Source: Candidatus Moraniibacteriota bacterium (GTDB taxonomy: Bacteria; Patescibacteriota; Minisyncoccia; Moranbacterales; UBA1568). Taken from it: a stretch of 64,000 nucleotides of DNA. The notes below the pieces were generated by a model. The model saw only the letters and a program-made list of their open reading frames with translations, was not told where the DNA came from and searched no databases. Positions 1-10,641 of the stretch are shown in pieces; position 1 is the stretch's first letter, and every line of letters begins with the position of its first letter. The translations under genes and the position numbers were made by a program. Where the stretch lies: positions 648,788-712,787 of the forward strand of contig CP064989.1 of the NCBI GenBank assembly GCA_016699875.1, given 5' to 3'.

Positions 1-837
1 ATGCCCACATAAGCCGGCGTTCCTCGTTCCATTTGAGTCCCGCCATGACGCGTCCCCAGAGTTTCAAGAGGGAGAGCGGCTGTGTGTTGACGAGGCGGAA
101 GATAATGTCGTGCTGGTCGGCGCCCTTGTCCATGAGTCTTGAAGCGGCGCCAAGCGCGCCGGGCGAGAGATTCTTTTTCTGGAAACTTTCGGTGCCGATA
201 ACGATACCGGCGAGGAGGAGCCCCGCGACGCGGACGTCGAAGTATTTCCCGTCTATTTTTTCAAGGAGCGCCGTTGCTATTTCGCTTGTTGATGATGCGG
301 TGATGTCTATAATATTGATTTGCCCGAAGCGATCGTTTTCGGCGTGATGGTCGACGGTGATCACGGGAACTTCGTAGAAGATATCCGGATTGGTTTCGAA
401 TATTTGCCCGAGGGATTCTTTGTCCGGAGTGCCGACCGCGATGACGAGGTCGAAGGAGAATTTGGCGGGAACAAAAGAGAAGTCACGCGGATCGATCGAG
501 CCTTTCTCTGGCGTGATGAAGATATTGTATTCGCCATCGCCGCGTTCGGTGCGGACGGATACTATGTCATTGTGTTCGGTATTGAAGGAGAGAATAAATT
601 CGCGCACGCCGGATATGGACGAAAGAATATTCTTCGGCGGCTTGAGGAAACCGAAGGGCTGTGCGATATCCGCGATGCCGCTCCCGGCAATAGTAACCTC
701 CTTCCCGATATTTTCGAGAAAGGCGCCGATGCCGGATGCTGCTCCGAACGCGTCGCCACCCGCATGTTCGGGAATGAGGATGAGAACATGCTCGGACTTT
801 TCAATGAGCTCTTTGACCTGAAGTTCGGGAGGGAGGG
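1..837 (-). CDS. DHH/DHHA1 family phosphoesterase (NrnA-like nanoRNase/pAp phosphatase). The 3' end runs off the window start
   Basis: Manual minus-strand translation from ATG at 837..835: MSLPPELQVKELIEKSEHVLILIPEHAGGDAFGAASGIGAFL...ITVDHHAENDRF..., carrying the DHH signature. There is no stop before position 1. The plus-strand ORF 320..985 is its D/E-rich antisense shadow. Confidence 0.75.
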
Positions 838-1236
838 ACATATACGGTGTGAGACTGAGAATGAAAAAGAAATCCGGAGTTCCCGTCGAAGAATTTCGCA
901 GACCGCGGAACTTGTTCTTGATGGGTTTGTGAGAGACGCTTCAAGATACTCAAACCTACCAGAGAAGCCGGGAGTGGTCAAATAGCTCGGGAGAGTTCCC
1001 TGTCTGTCATTCTTGACAAACGTGATTCAAACTGATACAGTGCGAATGTTCTTTGAAAAGATATAAAAAACGAACACTCCGAATGGAATTTTCCCATTTG
1101 AACAAACGGTTGTTGGGACGATATTTCTCTCTTTTTGAGGGCGAATGCGCACAGGCTTTTGGTCCAAAAGAGGGAAATGGCCGTTTCAACAATCGGCGAA
1201 CCCCAGCCGCCTTTCGGGGACATGAGGAGAGGGAAG

Positions 1237-1452
1237 ATGACGGTAGAAGTTTGTTGTTCGAATCTGTTTTGCGATGGGCACTGCCCGTCGTGCCCGGCTA
1301 CTCCAAGCAATCTTGATCATCTGGATGAGCGCGAGGATTGCGGTTGTCAGTTTGCTCGTGCAGATCAGGTGCCAGCTTCCGCCTTCGATGATAAAGACTT
1401 CTTGCGGGTGGAAGGAATGCATGTGGTGTATCCTCCCACACGTCAGCAGTAA
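1237..1452 (+). CDS. small cysteine-rich hypothetical protein (MTVEVCCSNLFCDGHCPSCP...CGC)
   Basis: ATG at 1237 preceded by GGAGAGGG 4-12 nt upstream. Seven Cys in 72 aa, arranged CC-x5-C-x3-C-x2-C...CxC. No family recognised. Confidence 0.3.
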   Translation: MTVEVCCSNLFCDGHCPSCPATPSNLDHLDEREDCGCQFARADQVPASAFDDKDFLRVEGMHVVYPPTRQQ

Positions 1453-1544
1453 AAGACCGTGCTTTTTAGGTGAAATACCTGAGCAGCAAGCGATGCGTTG
1501 GGTTGTATTCCGACTTTGCAACAAACCAAGAAGGAGTCAGTGAG

Positions 1545-1739
1545 GTGAAAAAACATTCTCCAAGAAGAATTGTAGAGTATGAGGATGACTTGAATCCTCT
1601 GGATTTTGACGACGATCCTCTTCAGGATAGCTTGAAACAAATCCAAGAAGTGTTGCCGAAAGGAAGAGCGGTTTCGTTGAGTGAGTTAATTGAATTGCTT
1701 GATGCAAGAGAAGGAAGTGGAGGCAACCTGATAAATTAG
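1545..1739 (+). CDS. small acidic hypothetical protein
   Basis: GTG start 8 nt after AAGGAG, in frame with the 1470..1739 ORF. D/E-rich, 64 aa. Confidence 0.25.
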   Translation: MKKHSPRRIVEYEDDLNPLDFDDDPLQDSLKQIQEVLPKGRAVSLSELIELLDAREGSGGNLIN

Positions 1740-1820
1740 AAATGACAGTCTATTCAATCTCGCCCAGTATTTTCGTTTGACGTTTTCCTCTTTGGCCGGT
1801 ACGGTTGAAGAGGAATTTTT

Positions 1821-2279
1821 ATGCCGATTTTTCACACACAATCAGCGGAAGAGTTGCGGAAACTAGGGGCGAGTTTTGCTCGGGGGATTTGTCCGGGAGT
1901 CGTCGCGCTTTCGGGCGAGCTCGGTGCGGGGAAGACGACGTTTTCGCAGGGGATTCTTGCGGAGATGGGCGCGACAGGACCCTTCACGAGTCCGACGTTC
2001 GTCATCATGAAGCAATATGACCTCGCGGTTCCTCTGGAGGGCATCGAGCGTATCTATCATGTGGACGCATATCGAATAGGCGAAGCGGATCTTCGTGCGC
2101 AGGGATTTGCCGAGTGGGCGAGTGATCCGAATGGTGTAGTATTGCTCGAGTGGCCGGAGCGCGTTCCGGGACTCGTGCCGGAAACCGCAACTCGCATTTC
2201 ATTTACCGTAGAGAAAACGGGAAGGAGAATAGAATGGCAAAAAAACGAAATGCAGGACAAAGGGCTCTTGGTTTCATAA
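1821..2279 (+). CDS. tsaE: tRNA threonylcarbamoyladenosine (t6A) biosynthesis protein TsaE (YjeE P-loop ATPase)
   Basis: 152 aa with Walker A SGELGAGKTTF, and a length typical of TsaE. Confidence 0.8.
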   Translation: MPIFHTQSAEELRKLGASFARGICPGVVALSGELGAGKTTFSQGILAEMGATGPFTSPTFVIMKQYDLAVPLEGIERIYHVDAYRIGEADLRAQGFAEWASDPNGVVLLEWPERVPGLVPETATRISFTVEKTGRRIEWQKNEMQDKGLLVS

Positions 2280-2500
2280 ACACAAAAGAAGCGCCGTCTC
2301 TGGCAGAGCCGGTTGATACTGAAGAAACGCCGCCTTCGGCAGAGTCGGTTGATATCGAAGAATTTCAATTTGGCAAAGGAAGCCTTGCAAAGACAGTGGA
2401 CTACGTCCTCCGCGAAGGAGACCCAAACTTTTTCGCGGGAGTTTATGATCATCTGGACAGAGAACCTGACTATACTATTGGATGCAACGGAAAATATTGA
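2234..2500 (+). CDS. hypothetical small protein
   Basis: ATG after GGAAGGAGAATAGA. Overlaps the tsaE 3' end by 46 nt. Followed by a terminator. Confidence 0.35.
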   Translation: MAKKRNAGQRALGFINTKEAPSLAEPVDTEETPPSAESVDIEEFQFGKGSLAKTVDYVLREGDPNFFAGVYDHLDREPDYTIGCNGKY

Positions 2501-2532
2501 AATCCAATCCCGACTCAAGAATTGCAGACATG

Positions 2533-2565
2533 CGCCCGGACCAAACAGGTTCCGGGTTTTTTCAT
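2533..2565 (+). terminator. rho-independent terminator (CCGGAcc..ggTTCCGG + T6)
   Basis: GC stem followed by TTTTTT, downstream of the 2500 stop. Confidence 0.55.
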
Positions 2566-2590
2566 TCATTTCATAAAAACGAAGTATTGA

Positions 2591-2622
2591 AAAAGGCTGC
2601 CAGGTAAGGGGCAGCCTTTTCT
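2591..2622. terminator. bidirectional hairpin terminator (aaaaGGCTGCCaggtaaggGGCAGCCtttt)
   Basis: Perfect 7-bp stem flanked by A-run and T-run. Sits between convergent genes. Confidence 0.5.
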
Positions 2623-2675
2623 AGAAAAATCATGGGTCGCGCGACGGCGTTGCGTGTGCGGTATCCGTGTTTCTT

Positions 2676-3041
2676 CTAGCGTGCGCCGAGAGTGACGCGG
2701 TCATCGGTCTCGGATTCGAGATATGCAACCTTGCCGGTATCGAGTATATCTTCCTCGATCCGAGAGGCTATCTCGAAGGCACCTTTGATGCCGTCGCTTC
2801 GATATTCCTTTCCGAGGAACTCTACCGTTGCGCCGGACACGAGTGCCCGCACCAGTTTCATGGAAAGCTCTTGGCTTTCCCAGAGGTTCCGCTCGTCATC
2901 CGTTGCGTCGGAATAGTCCGTCGTCCACGGATAGCGATAGCCGGCGACTCCGCACAAGATATCTTGCGGGGTCACGAGCCCGAACGGCGCCTCTACTACT
3001 TGCCCGGCATACGGCCCGGCAAGCAAGGAAACTCGTACCAT
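2676..3041 (-). CDS. hypothetical protein (MVRVSLLAGPYAGQ...)
   Basis: In-frame ATG at 3041 of the minus ORF 2676..3236. Choosing this start avoids overlap with the polA 5' region. No recognised domain. Confidence 0.35.
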   Translation of the reverse strand: MVRVSLLAGPYAGQVVEAPFGLVTPQDILCGVAGYRYPWTTDYSDATDDERNLWESQELSMKLVRALVSGATVEFLGKEYRSDGIKGAFEIASRIEEDILDTGKVAYLESETDDRVTLGAR

Positions 3042-3214
3042 AGGGGTACTTTTAATTATTAAGCTGCTCAGAGGAATCCCAAAGAACATCCTCTGAAGCG
3101 AACAGTATACCCCTTCCGAGTACTTTGTCAAGATTTGTAGACGAGGATTATCTCGGAGAATTTTCAGAGTATTTCCGACTTCCCAATGGCGGGGGAATGC
3201 GATATGCTTTCGGT

Positions 3215-5848
3215 ATGAAAGAGACGCTGCCAACACTCGTCATTCTCGATGGAAATGCGCTCATACATCGTGCGTATCATGCGCTCCCGCCTTTGACGTC
3301 GAAGTCGGGGGAACTGGTGAATGCGGTCTATGGTGTCGCGCTGACACTACTCTCCGTCTTGGAGAAATTCCATCCGGAATATATTGCGGCGTCGTTCGAT
3401 CTTGCCGGGCCGACTTTTCGGCATGAGAAATTTACCGAGTACAAAGCGACGCGCGTCAAAGCGCCGGACGAACTCTACGGACAGATTCCTCGTGTGAAGG
3501 AATTGGTGAGAGCCTTCAATATCCCGATCTATGAAAAAGAAGGATTCGAAGCGGACGATTGTGTGGGGACGCTCGCGCGGCAGGCAAAACAGCAGCGCCC
3601 GTTGGTTCGAACGATTATTGTGACAGGCGACAATGATGCTTTGCAACTGGTGTCTGACCGTGTGAGTGTTTTTGCGCTTCGAAAGGGAGTGAAAGACACG
3701 GTGCTGTATGATGAAACGGGCGTTGTGGCAAAGTATGGTTTTCAGCCGAAGACACTGATCGAATTCAAAGGACTTCGCGGCGATACGTCGGACAATATTC
3801 CCGGGGTGCGTGGCATCGGTGAAAAGGGAGCGACTGACCTCTTGAAGAAATATGGAACATTGGAGTCCGTTTATGAGCATCTCCGAGACCTTTCTCCTTC
3901 TTTGCGGGTGAAACTCGAGGCGGGGCGCGAGTCGGCATTTCTCTCGCGTGAGCTTGGTACGATCGATACCGATGCGCCGGTTTCACTTGATCTTGAATCG
4001 TGTCGTCTCCGCGACTTCGATCGGAAGGTGGTCGAAGGTTTTTTTCGAGAAATGGGATTTTTCAGTTTGGTGAAAAAAATTCCAGCAAGTGATTCCGGGT
4101 TATCAGATGATGGCGGAGAAAAATCAAAGGCGACTGGGAATGTTCTCACAAAGCGTAAGGATCAAGAACTTTTTTTTGAACAGTGCGCATCGGCTGATCG
4201 CATCGTGTTTCTGATACTGCCCGAGAAGGGAACGCTTTTTCAGACATCCGCATTTACTTGCGATATCGCTTTTTTCAAAGAACGCGAATCTGGGAGTGCA
4301 CGCATTGTTTTTGATGCCGACAACCGGAGATCTTTCAAACTGTTCTTCGAGAGCAATATTTTGAAAACAACCTATGACGCGAAGACGGCGATGAAGATGC
4401 TCGAGACGGTCGGAATAGAACTTCGCTCCATTGATTTTGACTGTCTCTTGGCGGGATATCTCTTGAATGCCGGTGGGACAGTGTCGCTCTCGGCGCTTAT
4501 GATGGAATATGTGGACAGTGCCGAGTCGTTCGATGCCGAATCCGCCATGCGGATTCAGGTACTTCAAGAGAAGCTCTCGGAGAAACTTCAAGAGATAGCG
4601 AAGGAGCAGGCATCCGGAAGAACGATTCTCGATATTTTCTCGAATGTGGAGATGCCGCTCATCGCTATACTTCGCGGGATGGAGCGAGCCGGCATTCGGC
4701 TGAACAGTTCCATTCTCATCTCGCTTTCGGAAGAAATGGAAAAAGAGATCGATGCCATTCAGAAAGAGATATTCGTGCTTGCCGGTCGGGAATTCAATGT
4801 TGGTTCGCCGAAGCAGCTCTCCGAAGTGTTGTTTGCTGAACTTGAGATCCCGACGGCAAATCTCAAACGGACAAAGACGGGCGTTTCAACTGCTTCCTCC
4901 GAACTTGAGAAACTGAAAGACGAGTATCCGATCGTTGCCTTGGTCGAGCAGTATCGCGAGCGGACAAAATTGAAGAGCACCTATCTTGATGTTTTGCCGC
5001 GGCTGGTGGACACGGAGAGCCGCGTGCATACGACCTTCGGGCAAGCGACGGCGGCAACGGGGCGGCTCTCGTCGACCGATCCGAATCTGCAAAACATTCC
5101 CATTCGAAGCGAGTGGGGCGAGCGGATTCGAAGCGCGTTTGTGGCGTCGCCGGGAAAGCTCTTGGTCGGGGCGGACTATTCCCAGATCGAACTTCGTGTG
5201 GCGGCGCATCTTTCGGATGATGCGGAGATGTGCGCGGCTTTTCGACGCGGAGAAGATATACACCGACGTACGGCATCGCTTGTTTACAATGCGCCTCCCG
5301 AAAGCGTGACGGATGACATGCGCCGCAAGGCGAAAGCGTTTAATTTCGGTATTATCTATGGAATGGGAGCCTATGGACTTTCGCAGTCTGCGGGCATGAC
5401 GCGGGATGAGGCGGGGAAATTCATCGAAGACTACCTCGAACACTTCTCGGGCATTCGCGCTTTTATGGATTCGATGAGAAAATTCGCACTGGAGAAAGGA
5501 TATGTCGAGACGGAATTAGGGAGGCGGAGATTTTTGCCTGAGATTGAAAGTGACAATCATCAGGTTGTCGCCTCAGCGGAACGCATGGCGATCAATATGC
5601 CGGTGCAGGGGCTTGAGGCGGATATCGTAAAACTCTCTATGATCGCGGTTGATTCGTTTATTCGCGAACGATTTTCTGGGAAGGCAACGCTTCTCCTGCA
5701 GATCCATGATGAGCTTATATTCGACGTTGAAGAATCCGTTGCGCCGGTTTTCGCTCACGAAATAAAAGGCGTGATGGAATCAGTCTACACGCTCCGTGTT
5801 CCGCTTGTGGTTGATGTATCGGTTGGGAAGAATTGGGGTGAGATATAG
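3215..5848 (+). CDS. polA: DNA polymerase I (5'-3' exonuclease plus polymerase domains)
   Basis: N-terminal LVILDGNALIHRAYHAL (5' nuclease), motif B RRKAKAFNFGIIYGMGAYGL, motif C LLQIHDELIFDV. In-frame alternative starts at 3125 and 3197. Confidence 0.9.
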   Translation: MKETLPTLVILDGNALIHRAYHALPPLTSKSGELVNAVYGVALTLLSVLEKFHPEYIAASFDLAGPTFRHEKFTEYKATRVKAPDELYGQIPRVKELVRAFNIPIYEKEGFEADDCVGTLARQAKQQRPLVRTIIVTGDNDALQLVSDRVSVFALRKGVKDTVLYDETGVVAKYGFQPKTLIEFKGLRGDTSDNIPGVRGIGEKGATDLLKKYGTLESVYEHLRDLSPSLRVKLEAGRESAFLSRELGTIDTDAPVSLDLESCRLRDFDRKVVEGFFREMGFFSLVKKIPASDSGLSDDGGEKSKATGNVLTKRKDQELFFEQCASADRIVFLILPEKGTLFQTSAFTCDIAFFKERESGSARIVFDADNRRSFKLFFESNILKTTYDAKTAMKMLETVGIELRSIDFDCLLAGYLLNAGGTVSLSALMMEYVDSAESFDAESAMRIQVLQEKLSEKLQEIAKEQASGRTILDIFSNVEMPLIAILRGMERAGIRLNSSILISLSEEMEKEIDAIQKEIFVLAGREFNVGSPKQLSEVLFAELEIPTANLKRTKTGVSTASSELEKLKDEYPIVALVEQYRERTKLKSTYLDVLPRLVDTESRVHTTFGQATAATGRLSSTDPNLQNIPIRSEWGERIRSAFVASPGKLLVGADYSQIELRVAAHLSDDAEMCAAFRRGEDIHRRTASLVYNAPPESVTDDMRRKAKAFNFGIIYGMGAYGLSQSAGMTRDEAGKFIEDYLEHFSGIRAFMDSMRKFALEKGYVETELGRRRFLPEIESDNHQVVASAERMAINMPVQGLEADIVKLSMIAVDSFIRERFSGKATLLLQIHDELIFDVEESVAPVFAHEIKGVMESVYTLRVPLVVDVSVGKNWGEI

Positions 5849-5854
5849 AGTGGT

Positions 5855-6073
5855 ATGAAAGTTTTCGTTGCTGTGAAAACAAATGTGAAGGCGGAGTATG
5901 TTGAGCGGATCGACGATGCGCATTTTCGCGTTGGCGTGAAGGCGGTTCCCGAAAAAGGAAAGGCGAATACAAGGATCGTGAGATTGCTTGCCGACTTTTT
6001 CAACGTGTCGCCGGCGAGGGTTGTCTTGCGTTCCGGCGGAGTGTCGCGGATGAAATGTTTCAACATCGAGTAG
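5855..6073 (+). CDS. DUF167/YggU-family small protein
   Basis: 72 aa, VKAVPEKGKANTRIVRLLADFFNV..VVLRSGGVSRMK, which is typical of the UPF0235/YggU pattern. Confidence 0.55.
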   Translation: MKVFVAVKTNVKAEYVERIDDAHFRVGVKAVPEKGKANTRIVRLLADFFNVSPARVVLRSGGVSRMKCFNIE

Positions 6074-6186
6074 AAAATGAGGTTATTGATTGTTTCTTTG
6101 GGAGTCTGTAGAGGGGGTGCGCGGTTTTTCCGCTTCTGATTTTATGATACAGTGAAGACGTTCTAACTTCTTCCATATATTTCTCT

Positions 6187-7371
6187 ATGTCTCTTGGAAA
6201 AAAACTAAGTGTGTTGGCAGTCATTGTGGCGATTGCAGCGGGTATCGCATATTATTTTGAGGTTTGGCCATTTGCTTCGCGCGAGCCGCGGCAGGCGATA
6301 GAAATCGAAAATGGGAAGTCGGTCATGAACGATGAACCGGAGCCAATGAAAAACACGGGACCGGTGAGTCCGATCACTGGTATCGCCTGCGAGCACTGGG
6401 ATCGTCGACCGGTTGCTGTGATGCAGCCGGCGGATGTATCGGCGCGCCCGGCAGCCGGATTCTCCAGTGCGGATATGGTGTTTGAAATGCCAGTTTTCAC
6501 GGGGGCGAATACACGTCTTATGGGAGTGTACCTCTGCGATATTCCAGAAGACATCGGTTCTATGCGAAGTGCGCGGCATGACTATTTGCCACTTGCCAAG
6601 AGTCTCGATGCTATCTTCGTGCATTGGGGGTATTCCAAATTCGCCGAAACGCTTCTCTCTCAGAAGGTGATAGACAATATCAATTGTTTGACCACATCGT
6701 TTTGTCCGCGGTGGACGCAGACCGGTATCATGAAATACGAGGATACGGGGCATATTACCCGGGACGCTATAGAGCAAGCGATTGCAAAGTATGGCTATCG
6801 AACGACCGGAGAGTTCTCGGGGTATCCACACCAGGAGGAGGCGCCATTTGAGAATCGTCCAACGGGCGGGCATTTGCGCCTTGCTTTCCCGAATCCGTAT
6901 GACGTTTCCTACGACTATGATCGTAGTACGAACTCGTATCTTCGCATTTGGGACAAATCGCCCGATACGGACAAGAATAACGGAGAGCGTATTGCGCCAA
7001 AGAATATCGCGGTTCTTATTGCTGAGTCGGAGCAAATAAAGCTTGCGACCGATTATGTTGCCCGCGGTGTTCAGAATCCATGGGATCTTGTGCCAAAAGA
7101 CGAACAAGACGGTCTCGACTATGGTGGTATTGGACGATACAACAACATTAACATGGGTGATCCGTGGTTTGATACCAAAGACAGCGGTGACGCATTCTAC
7201 TATTTCAATGGCAAGGAGTATAAGGGGACGTGGAAGAAGGACAAGAAGAGTTTGGACAGTAAGCTGACCTTTCTCGATGAGTCCGGGAAAGAAGTTCTCT
7301 TTGTGCCCGGTCAGATATGGGTGGATGTAATGGAGCCCGGGCAAGGTATCAAATGGGAACCGGGTGTGTAG
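6187..7371 (+). CDS. membrane-anchored DUF3048-like (YerB-like) secreted protein
   Basis: N-terminal TM helix. PVSPITGI...RRPVAVM....GFSSADMVFEMPVFTGANTRLMGVY resembles the DUF3048 N-terminal domain. The antisense ORF 6205..7344 is treated as a shadow. Confidence 0.5.
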   Translation: MSLGKKLSVLAVIVAIAAGIAYYFEVWPFASREPRQAIEIENGKSVMNDEPEPMKNTGPVSPITGIACEHWDRRPVAVMQPADVSARPAAGFSSADMVFEMPVFTGANTRLMGVYLCDIPEDIGSMRSARHDYLPLAKSLDAIFVHWGYSKFAETLLSQKVIDNINCLTTSFCPRWTQTGIMKYEDTGHITRDAIEQAIAKYGYRTTGEFSGYPHQEEAPFENRPTGGHLRLAFPNPYDVSYDYDRSTNSYLRIWDKSPDTDKNNGERIAPKNIAVLIAESEQIKLATDYVARGVQNPWDLVPKDEQDGLDYGGIGRYNNINMGDPWFDTKDSGDAFYYFNGKEYKGTWKKDKKSLDSKLTFLDESGKEVLFVPGQIWVDVMEPGQGIKWEPGV

Positions 7372-7426
7372 AAAAATTCTGTCTCGTCATTCCCGCCCGT
7401 GCGGGGGTGATATATGTATGATCCTT

Positions 7427-8422
7427 TTCTTTTTCGGTGAGGATGCGTTTCGGTTGAAAGAGAAACGACTTGCTCTGAAAAATACGTTCTTTGAAAAAAA
7501 CCCGGGTTCGACGGGTTTTTTCGAATTTGATTTTTCCGATGGGGCGGAGGTAGGGGCTCTTGCCGAGTGTCTTTCGCAAAGGGGACTTTTTGTGTCCAAG
7601 AAATTCGTGATCGCGAGCGGTATCTTCGAGGCGCCGATTGAGATGCGACGCGAGCTCGCGGAATTTCTCGATGTGAATAGTACTGAGCTCTCCGCTGATG
7701 AAAATCGGATACTTCTTTTGTGTCAAAATGGCCAACCAAAGAAAGTGGAGAAGCTCTGGAAGACGCTCTCGAAGAAAGAGATAAAGACGCAGGAATTTGA
7801 AGCGCTTGGCGAGCCCATGTTGTTGCGTTGGTTGGATGAATCGGTGAAACGCGCCGGAGCAAGCGGTATGGAGCTTTCGGCGAAAAAAGCGCTCATTGAT
7901 ATTTGCCGGGAAGCGCCGAAACGTTCGGGAGGGAAACCGAATACGAATATGTTCCAGCTTGATACGGAAGTGAAGAAGCTCGCCGCATATCGGACGAAAG
8001 ACATGGTGCGAGAGGTTGATGTTCACGCACTCTCTCCAAAAGCGGCGAATGAAGAAACGGTTTTTCAGGCGCTTGATTTACTCTTCTCAGGGAAGAGAAG
8101 GGATGCGGCGTTGCTCTTTTCCAGGTTGGCAGAGGGAGGCGAATCGCTCGGGCTTCTCGGTATGTGCGCGTGGCAATTGCGCAATATTGTTCGCACGAAA
8201 GGTGCTCTTACGGACGGGCAGATTCGAAATGCTTCGGATACGGCAAAGCTTCTCGGTATGCACCCGTTTGCTGCGGGGAAATGTTTCCACATCGCCTCGC
8301 AATTCTCATTGAGCGCGCTTGAGAAATCATTTTCGCTCCTTGCGCGTCTGGATCGTGAGGCAAAGTCTGGCGATCGCGACCCGGAGGGAGCCTTGCTTGC
8401 TTTCGTGATGGGAATGCGATAA
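7427..8422 (+). CDS. holA: DNA polymerase III delta subunit (HolA-like)
   Basis: MILFFFGEDAFRLKEK.. matches the HolA N-terminal LYLLYGED motif, about 330 aa. Start after GGGGGTGATATATGT. Confidence 0.6.
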   Translation, partial: FFFGEDAFRLKEKRLALKNTFFEKNPGSTGFFEFDFSDGAEVGALAECLSQRGLFVSKKFVIASGIFEAPIEMRRELAEFLDVNSTELSADENRILLLCQNGQPKKVEKLWKTLSKKEIKTQEFEALGEPMLLRWLDESVKRAGASGMELSAKKALIDICREAPKRSGGKPNTNMFQLDTEVKKLAAYRTKDMVREVDVHALSPKAANEETVFQALDLLFSGKRRDAALLFSRLAEGGESLGLLGMCAWQLRNIVRTKGALTDGQIRNASDTAKLLGMHPFAAGKCFHIASQFSLSALEKSFSLLARLDREAKSGDRDPEGALLAFVMGMR

Positions 8423-8508
8423 ACGTGCATTTGCGTGCTAGTGTGGTGATGCGATAGAAGAATCTTTATCGGTCTCGTTTTAATCAGGAGAAACTTGTTA
8501 GGCAATTA

Positions 8509-9155
8509 GTGCATTTCGTAACCATTCGGATATACCATATCCTTATGGTAAAACGACAAGCAAACATTTTTAGTTGTGCAACCAATTTTGAGAGAGGGAG
8601 AAAGAGTGTTCCCTGTGGTTCTTTCAAACTGTCGAGAACTTGGAGAGGCTATGTGAAATGCGGACAGTGTTTGAGGCAGAAAAGCCTGCAGCGCTTGAAA
8701 TGGGAGATTGCGATCCTGAGAGGATTCTATTTGCAACAACCCGCGCACTGCCTGGCACATGACCTGGACGTGGAGTATCAGGGTATCACGCGCACCTATC
8801 AATGACTTCGAGAGATGCTCTATCATGTCGCTGAACTGGAAGGAGGTAGGCTGTCCGGGGAGATTGAAATGGACGAATCGTATTTCGGGGGCAGACGGAA
8901 GGGAAAACGAGGAAGATGCGCCAAGGTGAGAGTATCGTTTTCGGCCTCTTGGAGTGCGATGGACGAGTCTATACGAGGGTGGTGGAGCATGTGAGTGCCG
9001 AAGAGCTGATGGAAATCATCCGAAAGAGAACCAGAAAGGGATCAGTCTACTACACGGACACCTTCAATCGCTATAATTCCTTTACAATCACTCACCGGAA
9101 CAAGAATCTTTTCAAACCGTTTATTCGCGTCTATTTTGGTTATGTTTCGCACTAA
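8509..9155 (+). pseudogene. degraded IS1595/ISXO2-like transposase (split across two frames)
   Basis: One frame reads EMDESYFGGRRKGKRGR, the other VFGLLECDGRVYTRVVEHVSAEELMEIIRKRTRKGSVYYTDTFNRYNS. Together these form the ISXO2-like DDE domain. A zinc-ribbon-like N-terminus precedes them (VPCGS...YVKCGQC). Confidence 0.6.
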
Positions 9156-10633
9156 TTACCTTCTTTTGGGATCTTTTTTGAAGTTTTTAAATTGGCTATC
9201 TCATGGTACTCTGCATCGGAGTTGACGTTCCATTGGTCGTAATTTCCCTCACCGAGAATATTCTTTACGGCAAGGAAAGCGGTCATCATGGAATGATCTG
9301 AGTTGTTGTATTTATGAAGACCTCCTCTTCCAATCGGCTGGAGCGAATAGTCTTTAAATGTTGATAAGAGGCATCCCTTTATTTTCTCAACTTTTTCTTT
9401 GTACCCAAGCGTGTAGACAGGATATACGTTTTTCATCCGGATTACTTTTGCGTCAAACACGGATTTGGAATAGTCTCCGCAAAGTTTCTGTAAGTATGAC
9501 TTTGCTAAGTCAACCAAATCCTTATCGTTTGCTTTCCAAAGGGGGTCTCCCAGAGAACAGGTGAATTCGAATCCTACGCATGATGAATTCTTATTCGGAA
9601 CCATGAAGGGACTCCAATTGTGGAAGAATTGGACTCGAATGGATTGCATGCTCTCTTCGTGGGTGTATATCCACGTGTCTTGTAGCGGAATTCTTCCATC
9701 TATCATTAGGGAAACAGTGATGAAATCGCGAAAGGAAAGCTCATTTGCAGCGCAAAGAATATTCTGCGGCGGCGCAGGAGAAAGAGAGGTCACAAGTTCT
9801 TTGAGGGGCATGGTCGAAAGTACGAAGTCCGCAAGGAACTCTTTTCTCCCGGAAGGTGTTTGCGTAGAAATAGAAAGAATTTTTCCGTCTCGATGATGTA
9901 TTTGTGTGACAATGTGCTGTGTGAGTATATGTCCTCCGGAATTTTGAATTTTTTTTGCAACCGTTTCCCACATTTGTCCGGGACCATACTTTGGATATCT
10001 GAAGGTCTTGATAAGTGATTTTATGGAAGTATCTCCCGGTTTGAAGAGTTTCTTGAGCCGGTCTTTTAAGACGCTGAAAAAGGAAATCCCCCGTATTCTC
10101 TGGAAAGCGAAATCCTTGCTGAGTTTTGATGGGTGAATTCCCCAGAGTTTTCGGTTGTAATCGAGAAAGAATGGCTTTGCCAGGCGCGCTCCAAAGTTAT
10201 TGATACACCAATCGGCGAGCGTGTACCCCGGTCTTATTGGAAACAGTTTCGTTCGGATATAGCTCAAGAATATGTGAAGAGATTCCCTTACCCCAAAAGT
10301 TTTAAGAATGTCAATGAGTTGGATGGGATAATGAAAGAAATTTCCCCGGTAAAACCATCGGGAAAGGCGGGGACGATCAAGGAATTCATCTCCAAGCATT
10401 TTTTTCCACCACGCTTCTATGTCTTGGTTTTTGCTAAAGAAGCGATGTCCGCCAATATCAAAACGGAACCCATTGTGCCGGACGGTTCTCGAGATGCCAC
10501 CAATAACACGGTCCGATTCGAGGATAGTAACTTTGAATCCGCGCTGTGTGAGTTCGTATCCGGCAGTGAGTCCGGCCGGACCCGCACCTATAATAACTAC
10601 CTCTCTCTTTGGAGTCTCAGTTGATTTTTTCAT
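9152..10633 (-). CDS. FAD/NAD(P)-binding oxidoreductase (amine-oxidase / UDP-galactopyranose-mutase-like fold)
   Basis: N-terminal Rossmann [17 protein letters not shown]...[10 protein letters not shown]. 493 aa. Confidence 0.65.
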   Translation of the reverse strand: MKKSTETPKREVVIIGAGPAGLTAGYELTQRGFKVTILESDRVIGGISRTVRHNGFRFDIGGHRFFSKNQDIEAWWKKMLGDEFLDRPRLSRWFYRGNFFHYPIQLIDILKTFGVRESLHIFLSYIRTKLFPIRPGYTLADWCINNFGARLAKPFFLDYNRKLWGIHPSKLSKDFAFQRIRGISFFSVLKDRLKKLFKPGDTSIKSLIKTFRYPKYGPGQMWETVAKKIQNSGGHILTQHIVTQIHHRDGKILSISTQTPSGRKEFLADFVLSTMPLKELVTSLSPAPPQNILCAANELSFRDFITVSLMIDGRIPLQDTWIYTHEESMQSIRVQFFHNWSPFMVPNKNSSCVGFEFTCSLGDPLWKANDKDLVDLAKSYLQKLCGDYSKSVFDAKVIRMKNVYPVYTLGYKEKVEKIKGCLLSTFKDYSLQPIGRGGLHKYNNSDHSMMTAFLAVKNILGEGNYDQWNVNSDAEYHEIANLKTSKKIPKEGN

Positions 10634-10641
10634 CCGTGTTT

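Noticed and set aside
320-985. 221-aa plus-strand ORF rich in D/E/G
   Set aside because: Antisense shadow of the minus-strand DHH phosphoesterase gene, whose translation carries the DHH motif. The plus-strand protein has no plausible fold.
3347-5443. Multiple minus-strand ORFs (155-185 aa) within polA
   Set aside because: Antisense shadows inside a well-supported polA reading frame.
6205-7344. 379-aa minus-strand ORF
   Set aside because: Fully embedded antisense to the DUF3048-like gene. Lacks a recognisable family.
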